A stretch of DNA of 64,000 bases from Cyanidioschyzon merolae (Eukaryota), in NCBI GenBank assembly GCA_000091205.1, contig AP006500.2. The stretch is one strand, 5' to 3'. Positions within the stretch are counted from its first letter, which is position 1; each line of letters begins with the position of its first letter. The position numbers were made by a program, and so were the translations under genes. The notes below the pieces were generated by a model. The model did not search any database. It saw nothing but the letters and a program-made list of their open reading frames with translations, and had not been told where the DNA came from. Below, in pieces: positions 1 to 11,310 of the stretch.

Positions 1-3000
1 GGCGCCATTGTCGGAACTCGTTTTCAGGTAGCTGGAGACGTTCTTGAATAAGCGTTTGGAGCTGTTGAACAGGCAAAGTGCCATGGATCTCAGGCGACGG
101 CACCCGCAGCAAAAACGGCAATCCGAAACTGTTCACCGTCGCAAGACCGCCAGCGGCGTAGTTCTCATCTTGCTGGATCCCGTACAACGGTGGTGACGCA
201 CTCTTCGATATGTGCGCAACTCGAATGAGCACACAGCCTTGGCGGGAGAGCTCTTCAGGGGTCTCATGAGGCGGAACCGGTTCCGCCAGAATCTCAAAGT
301 TTTCGCGGTTGCTATCCGGACCCAGAACCGTAACAGTGCGGTCCAAGGGTACGATACCAGCAATTATTTTCTTCTGCCACAGTTCGTGCACTCGTATGCC
401 TGCGTATTGCGACTGCAACGCCGTACGCTCCGTGACGGACAATTTCGACTCCAGTTCCCGAATCAGGTCCCCGTAGGTAGCGTTCAGCGGCAAGGCGAGC
501 AGAATTTTTCGTCCAATCATATCGATCGGCGTTGGTCGCCAAGTTATCGTCACTTCCTGCTTGCCCTCGAAGGCTTCCGCATCGGTATCGATGAACTCAT
601 AGAACAATTTCACAATTCGTTGTTTGGATACGATGCATTCGAGTATTTTCCGCGTTCGAGCACCGCTCATAGGGATCGGATCGGAATCTCTCGGATAGAG
701 AAAGTCATCTAGCGATGAAAAGCCTCTTCGATGAAAGCGAACTCGGCTAGGTCGCAGATCCTCGGCAGTGACTCCGCAAGTCTGCATCAAATCTAGACCC
801 TGCTGCTGCTGATGCAGATTGCGCAGTTTCGCGACCAGCAGAGTTCCTAACCCATACTGCGTCAACTGCGTGGATACGTTTCGTAATAGGATCTCTGATG
901 CATTCTGCTGATCTGAGCCGGGTCCCGATGCGACGGATCCCCCGCGAGAAGGTTCCTCGGTGAGAGGCTCGTCTCCTGCAGCACCGCTCATTCTCTGAAG
1001 AGTAAGCGGAACCAGTCGAACATCGCAACGGTGCCGGAGAAAGTCCCGCGCATCCCAAAACATATGCCGGTAGAGCGCGTTTGCTTGTTCCTCAACTGAG
1101 AGATCCGGATCCTGCAAGATACTTGCGAGCAGCGCAGCACTGGATACCGGTGCTTCGGAATTGTTGCCCGACTCGTTCACGTTCAGTGCCCGAGCCGTCT
1201 GATCAGTTTGCTGCCGAATAGGTGATCGTCTTCCGAATATGATAATATCTCCGCTTTGCAACTGATTACGGGCGGTCGAGAGCGCCACGTCAGAGACGAT
1301 CTCCTTGGCATCCTGACTTGTGACTTCCTCATACCAATAGAGTTCCGACAGCGGTACGCGGGGCAACACATTGCGCTCTCTGAGTAAAGCTACTAGATTC
1401 TGCATCGTGAGATGCATCGGCACAACATCCCAGCCGAGGACGCGAAGCTCGGGAGATTCCCGAGCCGGTGGATCTGCCGATTCATACCATTTGAAGAGCA
1501 TGAGACACTCTCGTTTGTCAAACAGGGCCGCCAAGCGGACCGGTTCCTGGCGGACGTCGATGAACAAGTTCACCGCATGGATCGAGCTACCCATGCTACC
1601 GGGACTTGCCCCAGCTTGATTGTTGCGGGCGATTGCTCGATCATTCCATGCCCTCTCGAGTGGCTCCTCATGGTTTCCATCGTTGAGAAGGCGACTTGGC
1701 CGAATGGTCTGATTGATGCGCGCCACAAACGTCCAAACGAGCATTCTCTGGCAAGCGTCCCCGTCGAAGTTCTCGTTCGACAGCGCACTGCTCGCATCGA
1801 TGCCTTCAGGACTGAGTACCTCTTTCAAGAGCATTTGCTTGAATTCACCCAAAAGCATACTACGTCGAACCCGTAGAATGAGGCCCTGATTCAGATCCGT
1901 CCAGTCCAGTCCGTGATAGCCCTTCTGCATTGCCGGCGTAATCAGGCGGATGTTCATCATCTGGCGCAGCTCCTCTCGTTCGCGAATCTTTTTCTCTTCC
2001 AGCTCCTTTTCCAAAGCGATTCGCTGCCGCAACGCCTCCGGGACATCAGCCTCTGTGGACGCACCCAAGTAAATGTGCGCATCCTTCTTGCGAACGTACT
2101 GGAGCATGTAAGCATTGGTAAAGCGACGTTGTGGCGGAAAGGGTACACCGTTCGCCGCGAGTGGTGCCCCAAAGTTGTCTTCAACGGCTTCAGACTCCGT
2201 AACGCGCAGGACTCGTTCGTCATCGAATTTGAACCAAATCTTAGAGCCCTCCTCCGTTCCAGGGTCCGGCCTGATATAGGCGTGGTAGTGACCTCCATGT
2301 ACGTCGCCCATATGAACTAGAACCGCATGCAACACATAAATGTATTCTTCATCGTCGGCTCCAGTGGAGCCATCTACAAACTCACCCAGTTTGATTTCCG
2401 GGTAGAATTCATAGCGATCGTTGATTTTCACCATCATATCACGATTGAAGTCGTACTCAAATCTTTTCAAGTGAAGCTGGAGAACCGGTGGTAACTTGAT
2501 GAACTGGACCCCCATTTTTGCATCCTGTAGACCGAATCCATCCGCGTAGTACTTGTTGTCGCCCTCTAACGTCTCCACCTCGATGTACTTCCGAAAAGAG
2601 TCGTACAGATCCTTGCATCCCTTCACGTTCAAAGATAGGTCATAGAAGCACTCATCGTGCGAACTCTCAAAATCGACATGAACACATTTGATAAAGCGCT
2701 TCGCCTGACCCTGAAAGAGGCGCGCGATCGTGCCCTCCAAAGGTGTGCCTTTCATGCGCTCCTCCAGTGTATCGCAGAGCAGTCGATTCAGTTCCTGCGC
2801 ATCGTGCTGTGTGAAGGCATCGGCGTCCGTCCAACCGAAAGCGTTTGTTAGCTCTTTGGTGGTCACACATTGGTCTTCATGTTGAAGATCAAAGAACACC
2901 CGCTGGAGCGCAAAAGTGAGCGGCGTCCCCGTAGAAGTCTCGGATGCAGGTGCCTGGCTGTCGAGGCCCCGATCCACCATTTCAGCCGCTTCACCTTCAA

Positions 3001-4324
3001 GCGGTGGCAGGGGCAACTCATAAACTGCGCGCCGGAACGCCCCGATGTTGTACAGCGTCTGAAGTAGGGAGTTCATATAACAAGTTGCGCCTTGATTCCT
3101 GAGACCCACAAAACCCGTCTCTCTCTTGGAGTCGTACTGCTCACTGAAAGTATACGAGTCCTTGTCGAACTCGATCCAGACGCGAAAGATAATCTGATCG
3201 TGAATGAGCCATCCAAAGCGGGGACTTTCCAACTCTGCACATGGGGCGAACTCTTGAAAGCCCCAGTCACTCTCCCGTGGCGAAAACATGTGTCCAGCCA
3301 TCTCACGCCGAATAATCGGCGGACGCACTCCAGTTTGATTCTTCAGTGCGAGCTGGAAGCGCGCATGTGATCGCCAACTCTTTTTCTGCTCCTCCCTAGC
3401 AGAGTCGAGCGGGCTACACTCCAGAAAAACAGACATGAATTTTCCCTCTGGGTCGCCGTTACCGCGTGGAAAAATCAGCAAGCGCCACTGGAACCCAAAG
3501 GCCTCCAGCCAAGGCGATGTGACGCGAAGTCGACCGGCTACGCCACCACCTCCACTACGCTGGTCCATATTCTGTCTGTACACCGGGCTCCGCAGCAGTT
3601 TGGTCACATCTCTGAGCACATATTCGAAAACAACGATAGCATTGGAAACGAGTCTACTGCATAGGTCCCGGTGGTTCCGCGTGTCCAGCTCCATATCGAT
3701 AAAGTCGCTCTCCGGCACACTGGGAACGCTGCGCATTGGACGTGCGGGCCCGATCTCATCGAAGGAGCCAGCGGTAGAGGAATCCGCAGCATTTTCCACA
3801 TCCACCACACCAGAACGAATCAGAGGCCGCATATGATCCAGACGATCGGTCGTACCGTCACTGTCTTCGCAGTTACCGTCGCCATGACTGGTTGAGGATA
3901 CAAACGAGTCCTCCTCCACGTCGTCCTCGCCTTCGCAGTCTCCCGTCTCATCGTCAGCGCGAACCCCGTAGGGCTCGGAACCCCTGTCTGGTGCTGCTAG
4001 GGAAAAGTACGGGTTCAGGGGCTGTCTTCGGACTGCTGCAGGCGCGGCTATCCGCCGCTGCGTTGTTGTTTCCCCGAGGAACGTCAACTCATCGTCACCG
4101 ACGCAGACCCACGGTTGTGTCTCGGGGCTTTGTGAACGATCCAACAACTGTTCACCGCCAGTATTCTTATCTATCCGGGCCGAATCGGGCAACATCGTCT
4201 CCATAGGAACATCTTGCGGGGAAGCGCTCAACGGCTGTTGTTCCGCAGCCGCGGGAGCGCCCAGTGCCCGAGGCTGCCGCATATCACCTGTTTGCGCAGG
4301 TGTCCGACGAGCTTGGTTCCTCAT
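1..4324 (-). CDS. USP7: Ubiquitin carboxyl-terminal hydrolase 7 (USP7/HAUSP)-like; partial, continues past the window start
   Basis: Hand translation of the minus strand reads open from about 4324 to position 1 in one frame, with a stop at 4415-4417 just upstream. It contains a MATH-like region (WRLLIFPRGN...SVFLEC...DWGF), the Cys box GLRNQGATCYMNSLLQTLY, the His box YIYVLHAVLVHMGDVHGGHYHAYIRP, then UBL-like repeats. The ORF track omits it because its stop lies outside the window. Alternative start Ms are at 4282 and 4204. Confidence 0.8.
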   Translation of the reverse strand, partial: MRNQARRTPAQTGDMRQPRALGAPAAAEQQPLSASPQDVPMETMLPDSARIDKNTGGEQLLDRSQSPETQPWVCVGDDELTFLGETTTQRRIAAPAAVRRQPLNPYFSLAAPDRGSEPYGVRADDETGDCEGEDDVEEDSFVSSTSHGDGNCEDSDGTTDRLDHMRPLIRSGVVDVENAADSSTAGSFDEIGPARPMRSVPSVPESDFIDMELDTRNHRDLCSRLVSNAIVVFEYVLRDVTKLLRSPVYRQNMDQRSGGGGVAGRLRVTSPWLEAFGFQWRLLIFPRGNGDPEGKFMSVFLECSPLDSAREEQKKSWRSHARFQLALKNQTGVRPPIIRREMAGHMFSPRESDWGFQEFAPCAELESPRFGWLIHDQIIFRVWIEFDKDSYTFSEQYDSKRETGFVGLRNQGATCYMNSLLQTLYNIGAFRRAVYELPLPPLEGEAAEMVDRGLDSQAPASETSTGTPLTFALQRVFFDLQHEDQCVTTKELTNAFGWTDADAFTQHDAQELNRLLCDTLEERMKGTPLEGTIARLFQGQAKRFIKCVHVDFESSHDECFYDLSLNVKGCKDLYDSFRKYIEVETLEGDNKYYADGFGLQDAKMGVQFIKLPPVLQLHLKRFEYDFNRDMMVKINDRYEFYPEIKLGEFVDGSTGADDEEYIYVLHAVLVHMGDVHGGHYHAYIRPDPGTEEGSKIWFKFDDERVLRVTESEAVEDNFGAPLAANGVPFPPQRRFTNAYMLQYVRKKDAHIYLGASTEADVPEALRQRIALEKELEEKKIREREELRQMMNIRLITPAMQKGYHGLDWTDLNQGLILRVRRSMLLGEFKQMLLKEVLSPEGIDASSALSNENFDGDACQRMLVWTFVARINQTIRPSRLLNDGNHEEPLERAWNDRAIARNNQAGASPGSMGSSIHAVNLFIDVRQEPVRLAALFDKRECLMLFKWYESADPPARESPELRVLGWDVVPMHLTMQNLVALLRERNVLPRVPLSELYWYEEVTSQDAKEIVSDVALSTARNQLQSGDIIIFGRRSPIRQQTDQTARALNVNESGNNSEAPVSSAALLASILQDPDLSVEEQANALYRHMFWDARDFLRHRCDVRLVPLTLQRMSGAAGDEPLTEEPSRGGSVASGPGSDQQNASEILLRNVSTQLTQYGLGTLLVAKLRNLHQQQQGLDLMQTCGVTAEDLRPSRVRFHRRGFSSLDDFLYPRDSDPIPMSGARTRKILECIVSKQRIVKLFYEFIDTDAEAFEGKQEVTITWRPTPIDMIGRKILLALPLNATYGDLIRELESKLSVTERTALQSQYAGIRVHELWQKKIIAGIVPLDRTVTVLGPDSNRENFEILAEPVPPHETPEELSRQGCVLIRVAHISKSASPPLYGIQQDENYAAGGLATVNSFGLPFLLRVPSPEIHGTLPVQQLQTLIQERLQLPENEFRQWR

Positions 4325-7300
4325 CGGAGAGCAAACTCCAGTATTCCGACTCTTATTCCTTCCAGAAAAGTTGCTCTCCCAGTTCAAAGAGTTCCCAAAC
4401 TCCAAAAAGCCGTATTATCTGGGCCAGGCACCCCTACTGTGCAGCTCTCAAGAAGCACCGCAGAATGACAGGCACCAACGACAGCAGCACTGATTCTGAT
4501 CAATCAGAGCGTGCTGCTGCGCTCCGGACGGGTGCTGTGCGCTGAGCGCAGTACACCTGCCTTTCTAGAGGCGTATCGGGATATCGCTTTCTTTATCGTG
4601 AGGTATCCCAGATCCCTGGTTATCAGAGTGTATCCGGGTTGGATCAGCACCTTCAGTGACACTCGTTGGCTTCCATGGTAACTGAGCGGGCTGGGGCGTA
4701 CTGGAGCTGTTCTTCGTAAAGGCGCTAGCAGCGATCGGCTCTCTCGCCGTTTGAAAGGTGCGGTCTGGCGGGTTTCTTTCGCTTCAAGTCTGCTTTGTTT
4801 GGAGCGTTTCTGAGAACGAGAGCCTAAAACCAGGTCATTGTGGCACATGGGGACGGAAACGTTGAAACTGACCAAGGGCTGCAAAAGTGCGGGGCGATAA
4901 ACTTGGGGAAACACCGCTTCTGGAATCGACACATGTTCCAGCGGACGCTGTGCGCTTTGGGCTATCTCTGTTGAACGATACTTCGGTAAATTTGGCAGGT
5001 TGATAAAGCTCGAAAGAATTTTCCCAAATAGGTTTTTCGGAAAAGAACAGGTATCTTTTTGGGCATTTGCATGAAATGTCGATGCACAAGTCCTGGGGAA
5101 CCCAGCGCTGCTGGCTCACGCCGTGTGAAAGATAAAAACGTTGTTGGTTATTGTAGTAAATCTGGGGTTCGAGAGCACTGCGGCTTGTCGGCATTGTCTT
5201 CAAGGGGGCATGGGATTACGCTTGCGTCCGCATTCCGTTGAACTTTCGCCGGTGAAGACGAACTCGCAGCTTTTACAGTTTCATCCATGAGTGCATTTGG
5301 CTTGCGAAATTTATCATCTCTGCTCAGATCTTCTCAGTGTCTCCATATGCTTGAAAGTTCTATTTGTGTAAAACTCTAGAAAACCGTCTATGCAGTTACC
5401 ACTGCAGGTTTGAACAGGTCTACGGAACATGCGACATATGAACGAGCGGCAGCGTATTGACGTGCCCGCTTCCATTTGCTCTGAACAACTGTTGCATCGA
5501 ACCAGTCGTCTTTTTCCTGTCTTTGTGTTTCGGTGGAACATTTATTGAGATGTGCTGCCTCGGCATTCGAAGTGCGGCAATAATTGCTGACGGATTCATA
5601 TGTTGTTATAGGATTCATAGTCGACTTTTCGGATTGGCTCCTTAGATTCTTTGCTGCTGGATTTTTCCCGTCACTGTTATCAAGCTGATTCGCCACGATG
5701 TCGAATCATAATTCATAAAGTAGCGGATATACTTATCCAATTTGTACGTACAAGCCTCCACCTATCTCCTTTCCTTCAATACAGCATACCCGAATTGCCT
5801 AATCTCCATATTTTCGATGGTTGTATTCAAAACAGCTCTCGGATGTCGCAATACGCACCGCTGGACTCACGACAAAAGGTACTCAACATCGCCCCCTGAC
5901 GAGTCGTTCACAAATTCATACAGTAACCTCACTGAAGCTGTCACAAACCAATCGAATCCGTTCGAAAAATAAACCCGCCCTTCTTTGTGGCAATCGACGA
6001 AACAAAATTAAAAAGCAGCTTAATCCCTTGATGGGGCATGCCACCAGAGAAAAACATATATTTTGTTTGCGTGGAAAAGGGTATTGGATTCTAACTTGAA
6101 GGCACGAAGCAATCGCTTGAGGTGAAGAGTGCGTCAACGCTTCGCTCGAAAGGAGTTTAGATGGAGCGAGATTTCACAACTTCAACACCAGTCAAGATTT
6201 TCGCTCGGGTGCTATTTCTATGATAAACAATATCATTGTCCACAGTGACACAGAATGCGACACAGTGCGCTCGCGTGTGAAGCGGATAGAGTCCTTGCAC
6301 AGGCAATCGCCTAGAAGAAGCAAATGATTCCGGGATATGGGAGCGGGCGCGGGAATGAACGAGGGTGTCCAGGCAAGCCTTCTGTACCCATCAAGGGCAT
6401 TAACCGTGCCCTGAGACGGGTCTTCATGCGCCGTCATGTGACCATCTGTGACGGACGTGTGGTGGACATACGGAAATACCTCTAGGTCGTCACATGTCGC
6501 GGCTGCGAAGGGCACACCGATGCCGTGTACGAAGAAAATGTAACAGCAGTCGAAGCGTACGTCTCAATTTCCGCCAGTGCGGAAATACGTAGAAAACAGC
6601 AAGAAGCCTCGAATTCAGGACTTGAACGTTGCGATCAATACCCATGGACGGCTGACCACGCAGCTGGAGGAAGAAGAAAGACCGGCGTACATAAAGGCGG
6701 ATATGAAAAAAAATGGAAATGAAGCAATCGCAGTGAAAGACCCGAAAGGCAAGTATTGAAAACAATCGAAAGACCCCAAAACTTACCGGTGTAAGCACGA
6801 ATGAGCTAGTCGGAGTTGCACCATTTCGTTCTGAAAAGTGTGGATAATTTGCACGCAGTTTGTTCCGTTGTCAACAGTGATGCCTCGCCAGATTTCTGAG
6901 CATCTCGACGATGCATGACAGCACAAGGAAGTTTCGGTGTTGCTATTCAGACTCTAATTATAAATATGACCAAGAGCACCACCGATCAAACAGCTATGCT
7001 GGCCGAGGCCGCGGAGTCCACGAATGCGGCTGACGGTGCGCTAAACTCAGACCAGTGAATCCTGGAACACCTGGACCAGCAGCCCATATTTGTTTCCGAT
7101 CGTCTCTCTCGCAGATATGCAACTGACAGTGGCGTCCTTTGGATATGCAAAAAGTCGCGGATAGTCGTCCCGCTGGCACTGCTAGCTTGCGCGGAGACGG
7201 TCTTGAATGTACAAGTCATTCATTCTGTGATCAACAGGCGGGTCAGTCTCGCTTGAGCGGGTCGTTCTCCTGCCGCTCATGATCCCAAAATAGGGCCTTC

Positions 7301-7344
7301 CAAGTGCTATCGACATGACTGTCTCTCCATCAGTGTACGCCAGT

Positions 7345-10300
7345 CCACAGATGCTCAAAGAAACGGTATCAGAAAACCCACTGGATGCGAATTTTCCATA
7401 CCCTTGATATGAGCCGTGGTGAAGCGACATGGATGGGCAAAGAGAAAAAAAGGTGCCTCCCCAGGAGACCGTCACGAGCTGGACATTTTCGATTCCGCAT
7501 TGATAGGCGAACGCTTATGACAGGAGCGACCGGTACTCGCCTCTCTCGGCAACAGCTCTTTCGTGAAAAACGGAGGATCTAACCGTAGATACGCAAAGCG
7601 GTGCGAAATGCCTCTCGTAAAGCCTCGACCGGTGAGCGTAGCGACGACAACATCAGCCCCAGCGGCGATTCAAGCATGTAGTCGCCTGAGTATCGGCAAA
7701 CAGGCAGACTCAAGCAACACGTCTGCCTCCCTTCTTCGAAGCACTCTGTGGCCTCTGCTTCTCGCGTTATTCTGTCCTGCGGGTAGGCCACGTTGCTTGC
7801 TGTGACGCAAAGGCGCTCCACGAGTGCGCAGCTGAGACGAGCGTTGAGCTGGTGTTCGCTTCAGCCTGGAAGTGCACGCTCAGTCCAGTTGGAAGCGTCT
7901 TCTCTGTCCTCCGTCGCCATGCTTTCCCTCAGGATGCGTTCCATAAAAACGCTCGGATGCGTGACGCTGTCCTTGGACAAGTCGTTTTCAGTCTTCGTCA
8001 GCGTTGAACGACTCTGGTGCTGAGCGGGTCGCCTGCGGGGAGGGATCGGTGAAGCGCGCCTCAGGCGTTTGGCACGCTCGCGGCTGAGAAGCTCGTGGAA
8101 AAGGCAGCTGCGGGATCGGAAACATATATACGCGGGGAGGCAAGTTGCTGGCTCGCCGTCCATCCACGGGGTCTGACTGCCGGTGTAAGAAAATGGAAGT
8201 GGAGTGCGACGTGCACATCCACGCTACCCGCCACGAAAGGAGAATGCGAAGCAACCACCTGACAGAAAAGAGAAGGATCCCAGCCGCAAAGAGGACGACG
8301 AGAGTCAGGAAGGAAACCCTGCGCACTGGAAAGGCCAGTCCGAAACCAGCGCCTACACGTCGGTGCCAGAACGCATCAACGGAAAAAATTCTCCGAGTAC
8401 GTGAGATGCCCAGGGCTATTAGGTATTGCGTAGAATGTGGTTGTCGGAAGGCTCGCCTAGCTCTCCCCGAATGGATGCCCCTCGTGCAGCAACTGGCGGC
8501 AAGGGTTTCGGAGGCAGCGCTGCCAGCAGTTCGCATTCGTAGGGAGTTTTTGGTCAAACCCTCGAGCGACAGCACTAGGAATGCTCCGCTCCGAGCATGC
8601 CAGCGGGCCTGTTCGTGGTGTCATTGACCAATACACACGCTGGCCGGCATCCGTTTCTGCGCTGCACTACATGGTTGCTCGGCCCATGGACAGCGTAGGT
8701 GCCAGGAAAAGTTTCGCCCAAACCTCAGAACCCATAGCCAAGAGCGGGTCCGTGGCGACTACCCTACGAGGCGCACCCCAGAGGCGTTGTACTCGTTGCG
8801 TCCACAGCGTTGTGGTCGACGAAATGTTGGCGACTGACGCAAGCGGCTCTTGGGATGTCCGTGGAGGCACGTGACGAGCTGGCTCCGGACGAGAAGGTGC
8901 TGGAAGCGAGCTCGGAGATGTCGCATCGAGAACGAGCGACGCTCCAGATCGTCCGAGCTCATGGAGTAGGTTTCTGTTCCGGAGCTGGGCACGTCGTCTC
9001 GGAAGGATTACGCGGGCGTTGACCTGGCCTAACTTGCATCCTGCGCTGCTAGGTTTTCGCGAACGCGGCGCTCCACCGCAAGGCAGACCCTCTGGTCGTA
9101 TGTGAGCGCCTTTGCATCCTCAAACCCCTGGTCGATACGGTCCCCGCATTTCGGGGCAAAGCCCATGATACCACCGTGCATATTTGTGTGGTGTACGACG
9201 TCCTCAGTGGTCTACGATGTGTGCGCACGAGCAGCTAGGGGGCACTCTACCTATTTCGGGCAGAGCGTTGGCGGGGCTCGTTCATCGCCACTCGTTGGCT
9301 GGGAAAACACGGAAAGCGATGTACAGGGGCCTTGGAGACGCGCACGGCACATCAAACAGCATGCACTTTGCGAAACCCCGGCCCGCTCGGAGCAACGAGA
9401 CTCATATTCAACCGCTTACGGAAAACGAACGTGAAGGCTTCGTGGTGCGCGTGGATGCCGTTTCTGAGGGCGCCGTGGCCGTCACCGTGCCCGTTCGTCA
9501 CGGGGCAGCGCCAGAGACCTGAACGGAAAGCAAATGAGTCTGCTCCACGCCTCCAGGGCCCGGTATCATCCGGAGTTGGACGTGAACGACGCCAGCAGGC
9601 GTACCAACTCGTGGAATGACGACGTAAAGACCTGTCGTGACGCGCTGAGTACGGTATCGGGCAAAAGGAGATGCACTGCGCACCTCATTCATAACGGGTA
9701 TGAGCGACTAGATCGCTCATGCGGACGAGCCATGGCAGAGGAACGCGGGACCGAGCTCGAGTCTCCAACAGTCGCAACCGCTCGCGGGCACGAGGCGGGT
9801 ATTCGCAAGCTTCCTCAAAGCACTGGAAACGGAACTGGCCGATCGGTTGCATCTTATAAAGATAGTGCATGGCGGTGGACGCGCTCTAGTTGCAGAACTG
9901 GACTGTCGTCGATAACGCACAAGGGATCCGCGAACCGGCACTGAAGTGCTCTCGGTGATGAGCTCTGGACGAGATTCTCACATCGCGAGCACAGAGACAC
10001 GCTGAAACTGCCGGTGAAGACGATTTGGAAACGGAGCCAGACGTATGAGATGACGTACGCTGAGTTCATTGAGCTCCAGGTGGCAATGCACTCACAGTTG
10101 AGACGCTTGCTGTGGAGTGTCTCCATCACGAACGGGAAACGCGTCCAGTTTCTGAACCGAGATTTGAGCGCCCATATCAGCATCTGGAACTGCATCGTTC
10201 TTCAGGAGCGTCCATCGGCTTTACTTCAGGCGAGGCTTCGATTCGATTGTCTAGTATGCAGTGTGGGTATTGTGCTGGAATGCTGCGGACTCTCGATGAA

Positions 10301-10432
10301 AAACATCATGTATCATCAGAGCGGCGATTAAGTCCCCGCTTGGAGCAAGCCACTTGTATGGTACGGTCTGCACTGTATCAAGGCCGGACTGCCATATACC
10401 TTCGCCACGAACAATGTTCGTGGGTAATTGTG
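7345..10432. repeat. Copy 1 of a 3.09 kb near-identical direct repeat; copy 2 is at 31227-34313
   Basis: The same ORF translations appear at 7385-10474 and 31226-34323. Similarity starts at CAGATGCTCAAAGAAACGG and stops after CGTGGGTAATTGT in both copies. Only a few SNPs or indels differ, for example near 9470 versus 33353. No recognisable coding content. Confidence 0.85.
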
Positions 10433-10775
10433 GAACACTCATCGTATTCCTTACTTGGGTATTACGGAGTATAGCGCTGTAGCAAACGAGGCTGGCGCTG
10501 CAGTGCGTGGCATTCAAACATGACTCTGCGCTGGCCTTGAATTTCGTCCGGGCGGCATTCCGGTACAGTCTCGAAAACTTTCTCTGTGCAGCAGCGTGCA
10601 GCTGTCTGCAACTTTAGTTTGAGTTACCGCGCTATTACGTTCATATTCTGTACAGCACTCTTTTGCAGCGGTAGAGCTAGTTCTCTGTACAGCTGCGTAC
10701 TTTTATATATATATGAATACGCTCTGCGGGGCGAAAATGTTTCGCGAACATGAGGTAAACTCATGTCCAGTCACC

Positions 10776-11310
10776 GACGCCTTCCGGCCTTTATTGGCCG
10801 GCCCCGTGCCATCGGTGTCAGCTTCTCGTTGTTAACTTCAAGTACAAGAGGCTGCCCCAAAAAGCTCGCCCGCGTTAGCTCCTCGGGTGTTGTCTTCAGC
10901 GCCGCATATCCTTTAATATTGATGGCGGCGTTAAAGTGACTTTTCAATTACTCCCTGCGTCTAATGCCTCTGGTGGAACTCACCAATGCAGGGATTCCTC
11001 AAAATTCGTGCCCTCTGCGCTGGTACGGTATCATCATCATCCCGTCCGTTAAACACCGTTTCTCGCATACCTACCGTGTTCTTTTCCGCCCCACGGTCTG
11101 CAAGGCGAGGTCTCCTTTCGATTTTTTCCGCCAGACAGCTATGACTCGCCTCCAGGATCCCTGACAGCCGTATCAATGACGCTCCCTTCGATTTTGTATT
11201 TTTGAAAATGAACGCATTTCATATGCATCTGTGCTATATATCGTGGTAAAGGATTTGATAACATTGAACTGAGTGCGGAACGCAATTTAAGTGAGAACTA
11301 TGAACTTATG
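10776..11310 (-). mobile_element. Fanzor/TnpB-remnant MITE-like element, copy D (non-autonomous, decayed)
   Basis: The minus strand encodes ...HFNAAINIKGYAALKTTPEELTRASFLGQPL followed by the conserved 3' block ...CCGATGGCACGGGGCCGGCC...GGCGTCGGTGACTGG. About 0.5 kb is homologous to copies C and E. The inner (5') boundary is approximate. Confidence 0.6.

Noticed and set aside
212-3836. Plus-strand ORFs 212-712, 1412-1876, 1913-2320 and 3435-3836 as genes
   Set aside because: They are antisense to the continuous USP7-like minus-strand reading frame and have no homology.
7385-10474. ORFs of 60-200 aa inside the direct repeats and inside the IR1 and IR2 arms as protein-coding genes
   Set aside because: They overlap on both strands and have no recognisable motifs. 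Their composition looks like random GC-rich ORFs. Duplication alone explains their recurrence.
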